From assembly GCA_051819685.1 (NCBI GenBank), contig JBNJGI010000004.1, forward strand, positions 1 through 54,639: DNA of 54,639 nucleotides, read 5' to 3'. The notes beneath the pieces were generated by a model. It worked only from the letters and a program-made list of their open reading frames with translations. It was not told where the DNA came from and searched no databases. The DNA is from Nanobdellota archaeon. Its GTDB lineage: Archaea > Nanobdellota > Nanobdellia > Woesearchaeales > DATGWN01. Below are positions 30,454-39,016 of this stretch, piece after piece; the first letter of the stretch is position 1; each line of letters starts with the position of its first letter. The position numbers were made by a program, and so were the translations under genes.

Positions 30454-31554
30454 ATGCAAAAAACTTTCAATCCATGGGATGTTAATGGTGATGTAAATTA
30501 TGACGAATTGATGGAAAAATTCGGACTTAAATATATCAAGAAATGTCCTGAAGTTCTTGAAGATAATCTGCTTTTCAGAAGGAAAAAAATTTTTGCACAC
30601 CGTGATTTTAAGCAAATAGTTGATTGTATTGAAGAAAAGAAACCATTTATTCTGATGACAGGACTGATGCCGACAGGGAATTTCCATATAGGTCACATGA
30701 TTCTTGCACAGCAATTTATACATTATCAGAAATTAGGTGCTAAACTTTACATTGCTGTTGCAGATATTGAAGCTTATAATGCAAGAGGGCAATCTTTAGA
30801 GGAAAGCAGAAAGATTGCGATAGAACAATACATAAAGAATTATATTGCTTTAGGTTTGAAACCTGAAAATTGCGAGATTTATTTCCAGAGTTCAAGATCT
30901 AAAGATTCAGAAAAATCAAATAAATATTATCAGTTGCAGAATTTGTTGGCTAATCATGCTACTTTTAATGAATTCAGAGCAGTTTATGGTGAGATTACTC
31001 CTGGTAAAATGCTTTCTGCTTTATTGCAAGCAGCTGATATGCTTCATCCTCAAATTTTTGAAGGTAAGATCCCTGTGCTTGTGCCTGTAGGAATTGACCA
31101 AGACCCTCATTTAAGGCTTGCAAGAGATATTAGTAAAAGGTATAAAGGTTTTGATTTTTTGCAGTTAAGTTCCACTTATCATGTTTTTGTTCCAGGTCTG
31201 GGAGGAGGGAAGATGTCTTCATCAGATCCTTCTTCTTTTATTGCTTTGACAGATGATGCAAAGACTGTAAAAAAGAAAGTTAATAAATATGCTTTTTCAG
31301 GCGGGCAACCAACTTTGGAAGAGCATAGAAAGAAAGGAGGTAATCCTGATACCGATGTTTCTTATCAATGGCTTACTTTTTTTGAGGAAGATGATGAAAA
31401 ACTTAAGAAAATCTATGAAGATTATAAGAAAGGTGTATTGTTGAGTGGAGAGTTAAAAGCAATTCTTATTGATAAGATTAATGGAATTCTTAAAGATGTT
31501 CAAAGTAAAAGAAATGTTAGTGATGATGTGCTTAAGAAATATATAGACTTATAG
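30454..31554 (+). CDS. trpS: Tryptophanyl-tRNA synthetase (archaeal type)
   Basis: HIGH, GIDQDPH, KMSSS, YAFSGG...EEHRKKGGNP. Confidence 0.95.
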   Translation: MQKTFNPWDVNGDVNYDELMEKFGLKYIKKCPEVLEDNLLFRRKKIFAHRDFKQIVDCIEEKKPFILMTGLMPTGNFHIGHMILAQQFIHYQKLGAKLYIAVADIEAYNARGQSLEESRKIAIEQYIKNYIALGLKPENCEIYFQSSRSKDSEKSNKYYQLQNLLANHATFNEFRAVYGEITPGKMLSALLQAADMLHPQIFEGKIPVLVPVGIDQDPHLRLARDISKRYKGFDFLQLSSTYHVFVPGLGGGKMSSSDPSSFIALTDDAKTVKKKVNKYAFSGGQPTLEEHRKKGGNPDTDVSYQWLTFFEEDDEKLKKIYEDYKKGVLLSGELKAILIDKINGILKDVQSKRNVSDDVLKKYIDL

Positions 31555-31644
31555 GTTGATGAATTAATTATTTGGAACTTAAAATCGCTTATTATATTAT
31601 TTATTTATATGTATTTCTTCTGATAAATCATTGGATTTACGAGT

Positions 31645-32298
31645 TCAATTAACTTTTTTGAAAGCAACAGTTCCAGGTGCTTTCCTTCCTACTACCGGAC
31701 CATCTTCAACTTTAAATCCTGCAATTTCCATGTTTTTCCTTACTTTTCTTGAACATGAATAGGTTGTCATTATAGAATTATCAGAACATATTCTATATAC
31801 ATCCTTAAAAACCTTTTCAGACCACATTTCAGGTGTTTTTCTTAAAGAGAAAGGATCAAAGAAAACAACATCGGCTTTTCTGAAATTTTCAACTTCGTTT
31901 ATTTTTTCTTTTGCATCCCCTATCAAAAATATTATTTCTCCTCCAGGTGTCTGTATTTTATGATTGTCTTTTATCTCTGCCTTATTCCAGTATTGAGAAT
32001 ATGTACCTAAATCAATATCATTTATTTTTTGTATTATCTCATTGTCATTTTCTAGTGCTATTATTTTTATAAAATATCCTTTTTTATGTGCATATTTAAG
32101 TGCTGCAAATGAATTGTATCCCAATCCAAAACAGAAATCTATTATTGTAGATCCATTATTGATATAAGGTTTAGAAGGTTCCAGATGTTTTTTTTCAGCT
32201 TCTTCGAAAGCTCCGGTTAATGTATGGTAATGTTCATCTGCTTTTTCATTATAAAAAGTATAACTTCCATCTTTGGTTTTAACTTTTTTCGTTATCAT
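31645..32298 (-). CDS. MnmC-type (MnmD-like) SAM-dependent tRNA methyltransferase domain protein
   Basis: TKDGSYT...EHYH...GA.EEA, FGLGYN, DPFS..KTPEMWS, TYS. Confidence 0.85.
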   Translation of the reverse strand: MITKKVKTKDGSYTFYNEKADEHYHTLTGAFEEAEKKHLEPSKPYINNGSTIIDFCFGLGYNSFAALKYAHKKGYFIKIIALENDNEIIQKINDIDLGTYSQYWNKAEIKDNHKIQTPGGEIIFLIGDAKEKINEVENFRKADVVFFDPFSLRKTPEMWSEKVFKDVYRICSDNSIMTTYSCSRKVRKNMEIAGFKVEDGPVVGRKAPGTVAFKKVN

Positions 32299-32322
32299 TT
32301 TTTAGATTTTTGAATTAAATTA

Positions 32323-33318
32323 TTATTTTCTGTATTTAGGGTATATTCCCGGTTCTATGAATACTGTATCAGTCGATACAGCTTCACCATATTCTTTTTC
32401 CTGTATTTTTTTGGCGTTTAGTTTGGCATCACCTAACGCTATTAGTTCATTTTTCAATGTCATAATAGCAACTTGCATGTCTTTATCTATATCAGAATCC
32501 AGTTTCACAATTCCTGGTATTCCAAGAAAATGACCATTGCATAAACTGTCAACCGCGTTGTCATCAACCCAGACTTTAGGAATATGTTCCACTATCTTTT
32601 CTACAGGTAAGATTATATTTTTCAATTCATTTTCATGTCTTCCATCTTTTTTATATATGTTCCAGTGATCTTTGAGATCTTGCAAGGTTTTCATTTTTTC
32701 ATCATCAAATAAACCTACTTTGGTTCTTACTAACTGAACCATATGAGCTCCACTACCAATTTTTTCTCCTATGTCATGACAGAGTTTCCTTATGTATGTT
32801 CCGGCTTGACAACCAACTTTGAATAGGACTTCTTTTCCTTTTATTTCTATGATGTCAATGTAATATATGCTTCTGTATCTTGGTTTTCTTTTTATTGCTG
32901 ATTTTATAGGAGGTAATTGTTTTATTTTTCCTTTAAATGATTTTATTGTTTTCTTTAATTTTTCTTTATCTATATCCTCATGGATATGCATGAGACAAAT
33001 ATATTCTTTTCCTGATTTTAATAATGTTCCGAGCGCCCTTGTTGCTTTGTTCAACCCTATTGGTAAAACACCTGTAACTGCAGGATCCAAAGTTCCTGAT
33101 TGTCCGGCTTTTTTTATATTTAATATATTTTTTACATGTTCAGATACTTGGTGAGAGGTAGGTCCTTTAGGTTTGTTTATGTTTATTACTCCTGCTTTGA
33201 TTAATTCTTCTATAGACCTTTCTTCAGGTTTTTTCCCATAAGACGGATCTGTTTGCTTTTCAGAGAGAGTTATGAGTGTCCTATTGTTCATCTTTTTAAG
33301 ATAAGGTAATTCTGCCAT
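32323..33318 (-). CDS. cbf5: H/ACA pseudouridine synthase Cbf5 (TruB family)
   Basis: KPKGPTSHQV, GTLDPAVTGVLP, CQAGTYIRKLCHDIG, PUA domain. Confidence 0.95.
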   Translation of the reverse strand: MAELPYLKKMNNRTLITLSEKQTDPSYGKKPEERSIEELIKAGVININKPKGPTSHQVSEHVKNILNIKKAGQSGTLDPAVTGVLPIGLNKATRALGTLLKSGKEYICLMHIHEDIDKEKLKKTIKSFKGKIKQLPPIKSAIKRKPRYRSIYYIDIIEIKGKEVLFKVGCQAGTYIRKLCHDIGEKIGSGAHMVQLVRTKVGLFDDEKMKTLQDLKDHWNIYKKDGRHENELKNIILPVEKIVEHIPKVWVDDNAVDSLCNGHFLGIPGIVKLDSDIDKDMQVAIMTLKNELIALGDAKLNAKKIQEKEYGEAVSTDTVFIEPGIYPKYRK

Positions 33319-33387
33319 AGTAATGTAGAATGTTTTTTGTTTTTAAAGTGAATGGTTGGAACACAAAATAAATATTATTGCCGAGTT

Positions 33388-34266
33388 TTAAAAAAACTTC
33401 CCTTTTTTTGGTTTAAGTGCATTTTTCATAACTTCTTCATTGAAGTTTTGAGGTACTATACCTGATTCTGCATATATGTATAATGCAGTATTAAAAACTG
33501 TATTTGCTATCCTGAAAAACATTATTATTATTATAAAATATATGAATGCTAATGCTAAGAGAACAATTAAAGGTATTATTTGTCCTGCGATCATTAATAA
33601 TACTGATAAAAAAACTGAAATAAAAACACCTAACATTATAAAAAGAAATTCAATTAATCCAAGACCAAAATATCTTATAAGACTTTCACCCCATGTTTTT
33701 TTTAATACATCTATTGATTTTTGTATTGCTTTAAATGGTCCGATGTTTTTATATACCATTGCAGGTATTACAAATATAGTCGTTATGCTCCATGCCATGC
33801 CCAAAATCATTGTTATAAATCCCATAACCCTTTGACCTATTACTCCAAATCTTTCAGCTATATTTTCAAGCAATCTTAATATTAATCCAACTGTTGCTGA
33901 AACTAAAGCCCATGCGAAAATGAGATGAAGTTTTGAAAAAGCAAATTTTATACTTTGCATAAATGTTGCATTTTTTCCAGAAAATCTAAATCCGGCAGTA
34001 TAGACAACACATACATTGAAGAATGTTGCTATAAATGCTAATCCTAAATATATTAAAAATATTATTATGTATTGAAATATTCCAAAAGTATCAATTCCTG
34101 TATTTTCAATAAATATCGTAAGTATCGAGGGAATTATCATTGCTATTATAAATAAAATAGAAAATAATCCTGAAAGTAGTGGGAATAAGAATAGTTCTTT
34201 ATCTTCATTTATGACTTTTAAAGTCATTTTTGTTATTCCCCAACTTCTTGAAAACACATTTGACAT
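33388..34266 (-). CDS. Conserved membrane protein (DUF6159-like)
   Basis: Multi-TM; SW...L..DKELF.FP, F.IP.MV, KKTWGE. Confidence 0.75.
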   Translation of the reverse strand: MSNVFSRSWGITKMTLKVINEDKELFLFPLLSGLFSILFIIAMIIPSILTIFIENTGIDTFGIFQYIIIFLIYLGLAFIATFFNVCVVYTAGFRFSGKNATFMQSIKFAFSKLHLIFAWALVSATVGLILRLLENIAERFGVIGQRVMGFITMILGMAWSITTIFVIPAMVYKNIGPFKAIQKSIDVLKKTWGESLIRYFGLGLIEFLFIMLGVFISVFLSVLLMIAGQIIPLIVLLALAFIYFIIIIMFFRIANTVFNTALYIYAESGIVPQNFNEEVMKNALKPKKGKFF

Positions 34267-34287
34267 AGAGTTTTATTATTTTATAAA

Positions 34288-34450
34288 GTTTTTTTTGTTT
34301 TAGTCGGCGATGTATATAAAATATATTATATTGCGCAGAATAATTAAACACTAATGATTTACCTATTACGAAATTTGACATAATTAGTCTAGCTAAATTT
34401 CTGGGTTTTCTACAAGGAAAAACAACAACCTCACATTATTAACTATTTTA
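34288..34450 (-). repeat. Dispersed non-coding repeat family B, copy 2 (inverted)
   Basis: 73-bp exact core shared with 28507-28579. Confidence 0.9.
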
Positions 34451-34459
34451 GTCATAAAT

Positions 34460-35062
34460 TCAATTTTCAAGCATTCTTATTCTTATTTTTCCTGGGAACC
34501 ATTCCATTAACCATTTTATGTATATTTCATGGTGTACTATTGTTTTATTTTCTGCGTAATTAAATAGTTCTTCAGTTTTCTTTTTGATGAAGTCGATTAA
34601 AGGTTTTATTGTTTCATCATTTGTATATATTTCTTTGTCTTTTAATATAAAATTACCATCTGTGGACATTATTACTTGTCCTTCTGTTAAGTAATGTTCA
34701 GTTTTAGGGTTTTTTTGGAATATCATATCACCTTGTACCATTTTACTTTCAATTTGAGAGAACCCAAGTTGGAATAGTATTTCAGAGAATAGTTCTTCTT
34801 TTTTTATTACTTTATTTATAGCTGAAATTCCAAGTTCTTTGGTTATTTCTTCTTGTTGTTCTTTTGTAGTTTCATATAGGATTATGTATTGTTTATCTTG
34901 TTTGTTTATTATATGAAGAAGAAGAAATTTTAACATTCTTGAATCTAATAAGAATTTTTCAAAGTCATTTAGTTTTTGTAAGTTAAAATCTAAATTGTAT
35001 TGTTTTAATTCTTTTTTTGGTATTTTTGTTATTTTTCCTGCAAATTCATATAGTTCTTCCAT
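34460..35062 (-). CDS. Hypothetical protein
   Basis: 200-aa ATG ORF. Confidence 0.6.
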   Translation of the reverse strand: MEELYEFAGKITKIPKKELKQYNLDFNLQKLNDFEKFLLDSRMLKFLLLHIINKQDKQYIILYETTKEQQEEITKELGISAINKVIKKEELFSEILFQLGFSQIESKMVQGDMIFQKNPKTEHYLTEGQVIMSTDGNFILKDKEIYTNDETIKPLIDFIKKKTEELFNYAENKTIVHHEIYIKWLMEWFPGKIRIRMLEN

Positions 35063-35138
35063 GATAAGAAGATTGTTTAATAGTATATATTGTTTTTGGG
35101 TATTCCCTTTTTTATGGAGTTTCGATAGAAATTATATA

Positions 35139-35468
35139 TTAATTGTTGTTAAATAATTTTTTAAAAATAAAATTTATGTTTTCTTTGGTTTTATTATCTT
35201 TTATAAAACCAATTTTTTTGTAAATTAAACTATTGTGAAGTGTGAAAATCATATCAATGTATATGTAGCTATTAAATTTTATATTACCTGAACATTTGTT
35301 TTTTTCAAGACATACTTCATAATTTTTTATATTTCTTTTTTTAGTTGTAATTTGGCATAAAATTATATTGTCTCCTCCAGGGACTGAAACAACTAAAGCA
35401 GGTCTAAGTTTTGATTTTGTCATATCAGAAAAAGGGAAATCAACTAAAACTATATCAAAACATTTCAT
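35139..35468 (-). CDS. mazF: PemK/MazF family toxin
   Basis: FDIVLVDFPFSD...KLRPALVVS...ILCQITT. Confidence 0.9.
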   Translation of the reverse strand: MKCFDIVLVDFPFSDMTKSKLRPALVVSVPGGDNIILCQITTKKRNIKNYEVCLEKNKCSGNIKFNSYIYIDMIFTLHNSLIYKKIGFIKDNKTKENINFIFKKLFNNN

Positions 35469-35692
35469 TTTTGTAAATAAGAGAAAGCCTCCTCATCTTC
35501 TTTTGAATTCCAACAATCAGCAAGAGAGTTTTCAGATAAGATCGCAGTTTCATTTTTTTCTTTAATTGGTTTAATTACTATTTCATCTTTTTTTGTAATT
35601 ATATAAGCACTCTCGCCTTCTTTAATAATATCAAAGGATTTAGGTATTGTTATTTGTCTTTTTTTTGAAACTTTTATCGTTCTTATTGACAT
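35465..35692 (-). CDS. AbrB/MazE-like antitoxin
   Basis: KVSKKRQITIPK swapped-hairpin N-terminus, acidic C-terminus; ATGA overlap with toxin. Confidence 0.85.
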   Translation of the reverse strand: MSIRTIKVSKKRQITIPKSFDIIKEGESAYIITKKDEIVIKPIKEKNETAILSENSLADCWNSKEDEEAFSYLQK

Positions 35693-35740
35693 TGTAAAGG
35701 ATGTAAAGAAAGTAAGATTAATAAATTTTACGTTTATATA

Positions 35741-36053
35741 GCAAATTCAAAAAAATAAGTGGTTTTGTGAACAGTTTTTCAGTAAACTGTTCCGGCACGC
35801 TGTCAAGGAAAACCTTTCGGCTGTTTCAACAAGTAGAAACTTTTAGTGCGGCATAATCACTTTGTTCCTGGCCTTAAACAAGTTTAAGGAAAGTAGGAGG
35901 GTATAAAACCTCCCGAACAAGTCAATTTGTAAAGGCAAATTATTTTGTCCGGGCAAACTTGATTGAATTTGCGTTCCTGTAAGTCATTTTACTCCTTATC
36001 GTAAATTCAAAAATTTCTTCAAGGCAATATTATCACTCATTTTATTTTATGTG
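35741..36053 (+). repeat. Repeat family A, longest copy (hairpin-rich; MITE-like element or structured ncRNA)
   Basis: Both ends match the reverse complement of 47885-48039; multiple inverted repeats; more GC-rich than other intergenic DNA. Confidence 0.85.
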
Positions 36054-36058
36054 TGGTT

Positions 36059-36454
36059 TTAGCTATCTAGATATTCAATTAGTTTTTTCTGTAGGATTGG
36101 TGGTTTTATTTTTATTGAATCAAGATTTTTTATATCTACCCATCTTAATTCTCTATGATTTTTTTCAGTGTCTTTATCTATTATTTCAGAAGAAGGTATT
36201 ATTTTTCCTTCGTAATCATCTGCTAAGAAATAAGTGCAATCAGATATATTATCTTTAATTCTCCATAATTTTTCTTTTATTTTGACTTTTATCGATGCCT
36301 CTTCTTGCATTTCTCTTTCTGCTGATTCTTTAGCATTTTCACCTTCTTCAATTCCACCCCCTGGAACGACATAAAACTTATCCTGATCTTTTATGCGATA
36401 TATCAGCAATACTTTTTTGTTATTCTTCAGAATCACTGCAGTTCTTTTTTTCAT
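36059..36454 (-). CDS. NUDIX hydrolase
   Basis: Nudix box GGGIEEGENAKESAEREMQEEASI. Confidence 0.92.
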   Translation of the reverse strand: MKKRTAVILKNNKKVLLIYRIKDQDKFYVVPGGGIEEGENAKESAEREMQEEASIKVKIKEKLWRIKDNISDCTYFLADDYEGKIIPSSEIIDKDTEKNHRELRWVDIKNLDSIKIKPPILQKKLIEYLDS

Positions 36455-36470
36455 TTTATATTAAAAATAT
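36446..36470 (+). repeat. 25-bp direct repeat, left copy (partner at 38913-38937)
   Basis: ttttttcattttatattaaaaatat is identical at both sites. Confidence 0.75.
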
Positions 36471-36483
36471 AGTAGTGAAAACC

Positions 36484-37461
36484 TTATAAAAAATCTTCGG
36501 GAAAAAAATTCAGTTTCAGCTCTTCTGTTATGGTGGCTAACTCTGTATTTTTAACTACTTCGGGAAATCTATTTTTTATTTCTGAAATATGCTCATAAAT
36601 ACGAGTCATATTTTCTTCTTCTATTTCTACTTCAAGTTCCCACCCACCTAGCAATTTAATAAAATGTATTGTGGAAGGATTTTGTTTCAAAAAACCAACT
36701 AAGGAATTAAAATTTTCCTTTCCGTAGTCTTTTAAAGAGATACATATCTTGTGTAATTGCATCCCCAACTTTTCAGTATCTATAAATGTTGTATATCCTT
36801 GTATGATGCCTTTCTTTTTCAAATTCTTAATTCTTGAATGGATTGTTCTTGCATCAAGATTTATTCGTTCAGATATATTATGATATTCAAATCTTCCATC
36901 GTTCTTAATCAAAGACATGATTTTCTTGTCTGTCTCATCAATCTTTTTTATTTCTTTTATCCCAGTAAATAAAAACTCCTTTCTCGTATCTCTTTTTTTA
37001 TCAAATAGATAATCTCTTTCAAGGGTAACTGCTCCTTCGATCTGAGTAATATCATAATTCTCTATGAATTTTCCCCACTTAGATAGAATTTTGTTCTTTT
37101 TTTCAGCAAAATGAAGAATGTCTTTTGTATAAAAACCAAGCATCAAATCCCATCTTCCAATAGACCTCGCAACCCATGCCACTTTAGGATCTTCAACAAG
37201 ATTTTTTATCATTTTTTTTTCATTGTCTTTTGAAAGTCCTTGTAAATTAAGATATATCTTACTGGAAAAAATACCTAATTTAGCTAAATCGAAAACAGGA
37301 ACATATTTAGTGATTATTTTTTTTTCTTGTAGCTGGTTGACATAATATGCAACAGTGTCTTTCTTTGATTGTATTTTTCTAGCCATTTCCTTATAACTCT
37401 GCCTAGCATCTTTAGTTAATTCATACAAAATCTTTTTTTCAATGGTTTTTAATTTTGCCAT
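36484..37461 (-). CDS. Tandem (double) Lrp/AsnC family regulator
   Basis: Two HTH+RAM units (KILYELTKDARQSY...; DKKIMSLIKNDGR...); start moved to ATG at 37461. Confidence 0.88.
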   Translation of the reverse strand: MAKLKTIEKKILYELTKDARQSYKEMARKIQSKKDTVAYYVNQLQEKKIITKYVPVFDLAKLGIFSSKIYLNLQGLSKDNEKKMIKNLVEDPKVAWVARSIGRWDLMLGFYTKDILHFAEKKNKILSKWGKFIENYDITQIEGAVTLERDYLFDKKRDTRKEFLFTGIKEIKKIDETDKKIMSLIKNDGRFEYHNISERINLDARTIHSRIKNLKKKGIIQGYTTFIDTEKLGMQLHKICISLKDYGKENFNSLVGFLKQNPSTIHFIKLLGGWELEVEIEEENMTRIYEHISEIKNRFPEVVKNTELATITEELKLNFFPEDFL

Positions 37462-37597
37462 ATTATACAAAAATACATTTTATTATATAAATTTTACCGT
37501 TTTGTTTAATTTTAATCTAATAAAATTTAAATGTTTTTTCAAATAACACTAGATTATATCATTTCCTCATAAAAAAAAGGAAATGGGAGTGTAAAAA

Positions 37598-37684
37598 ATG
37601 GAAGATAAAAATAGTAAGGAAGTAGAAAAAGAAAAGACAAATGAGAAAATATCCACTGGAGCAATTTGTTATGAGGTAGATTGA
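37598..37684 (+). CDS. 28-aa peptide MEDKNSKEVEKEKTNEKISTGAICYEVD, candidate RiPP precursor or leader peptide
   Basis: Manual translation; RBS-like gggagtg upstream; ends 44 nt before the radical SAM ATG; below ORF-track size cutoff. Confidence 0.6.
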   Translation: MEDKNSKEVEKEKTNEKISTGAICYEVD

Positions 37685-37728
37685 AAAGACATTCTTTTAG
37701 GATTTTTCAAATAAATAGAAATGATATT

Positions 37729-38829
37729 ATGGACTCTAAATTTTATGTAGAAACTTTTGGATGTGATTCCAACAAAGCAGATTCTAACAAAGTTATAACC
37801 TGGATAAAAAGGAATGGCGGGAGAATTGTAGATAATTACAACAAAGCAGACTATATAATTCTTATGAGTTGTTCTTTTAATAAGATTATGAAGGGTAAGA
37901 ATGTGGAAAGGCTTAAAGAATTCAAAAACAATAAACGAGCCAGAATCATATTAGGCGGGTGTATGTCTAAGATCTTTCCTGAAACAAAAAAATATGCTCA
38001 TCAGTATTTTGGACCCAGAGAAATTAACAAGATTGAATCTCTCTTCAATCACTCAAAGAAATCAATAGATAATATATCTCCGGAATTTCAAAGAAAAAAT
38101 AAGAAAGTGATAAGGATCAGTACTGGTTGTAAAGGTAAATGTTCGTACTGTGCTATTAAAAAAGCGAATGGCCCTGTTATGAGTAGAAGTATAAAGGACA
38201 TAAAAGAAGATATAAAAAATGGAATTAAAGTGGGTTTTAAAGAATTTCTATTAACCAGTGAAGATGTAGGTTCTTGGGGTCAGGATATAGGAAAAAACCT
38301 TAATGGTTTAATAGAAGAATTGGTCAAAATACCTGAAAAAATTAAGATAAGATTAAGTACTGTCCATCCCAAATGGTTTATCGAAAATCCTGAACTGGTG
38401 AGTGTGTTCAATAACCCCAAAGTAGAGAATTTTGTTTATCTTGCGATTCAATCAGGATCAGATAGGATCTTGGAGTTGATGAGAAGAGAATATACCTCAC
38501 AACAATACATTAATATTGTAAAAAAATTAAAAAAGAAAATCCCCTCTATAAAGATACATTGTGATTTATTAGTGGGTTTTCCTAGTGAAACAGAAGACGA
38601 TTTCTTAAAAAGTAAGCAGATTATTGAAACCCTTGATTTTCATTTCCTTCAAGTATTTGCATATACCGATATGGAAAACACAGTAGCAAGAAATATTAAA
38701 CCAAAAGTGGATTTCAATATTATCAAGAAGAGATGCAACATTCTTATGAAAACGTTCTTGGAAAAAAATCAAGAAAAAGATAGATTGTTAATAAACACCA
38801 ACTTGGATAAGAAAGATATTGGTGTTTAA
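37729..38829 (+). CDS. MiaB/RimO-like radical SAM methylthiotransferase-family enzyme lacking the TRAM domain
   Basis: UPF0004 domain with 3 Cys (TFGC, MSCS, GGCM), CKGKCSYC, IQSGSDRILELMRR, VGFPSETEDDF; start moved to ATG at 37729. Confidence 0.88.
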   Translation: MDSKFYVETFGCDSNKADSNKVITWIKRNGGRIVDNYNKADYIILMSCSFNKIMKGKNVERLKEFKNNKRARIILGGCMSKIFPETKKYAHQYFGPREINKIESLFNHSKKSIDNISPEFQRKNKKVIRISTGCKGKCSYCAIKKANGPVMSRSIKDIKEDIKNGIKVGFKEFLLTSEDVGSWGQDIGKNLNGLIEELVKIPEKIKIRLSTVHPKWFIENPELVSVFNNPKVENFVYLAIQSGSDRILELMRREYTSQQYINIVKKLKKKIPSIKIHCDLLVGFPSETEDDFLKSKQIIETLDFHFLQVFAYTDMENTVARNIKPKVDFNIIKKRCNILMKTFLEKNQEKDRLLINTNLDKKDIGV

Positions 38830-38912
38830 TCCTTGCAAAATTAATTATCTGATTTTATTTGAATCATTATTAAAATGTCATAATTAATAAATATCTCTTA
38901 ACAGGATTACTC

Positions 38913-38937
38913 TTTTTTCATTTTATATTAAAAATAT
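38913..38937 (+). repeat. 25-bp direct repeat, right copy
   Basis: Identical to 36446-36470. Confidence 0.75.
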
Positions 38938-39016
38938 CAGGTTTCATTTAAAAATTATTCTTCTGAAAAGCCTCTATACAGTAAAATTTTATAAATCAGA
39001 AATTTATCTTAAGTGT

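Noticed and set aside
35741-36053. SRP RNA, RNase P RNA or hammerhead ribozyme
   Set aside because: Could not find the SRP helix 8 motif, GAGGAAAGUCC, or the CUGANGA/GAAA core; the multicopy decayed distribution argues against a housekeeping RNA
35139-38937. Prophage or autonomous integrative element around the toxin-antitoxin pair
   Set aside because: No integrase, transposase, replication or capsid genes are visible
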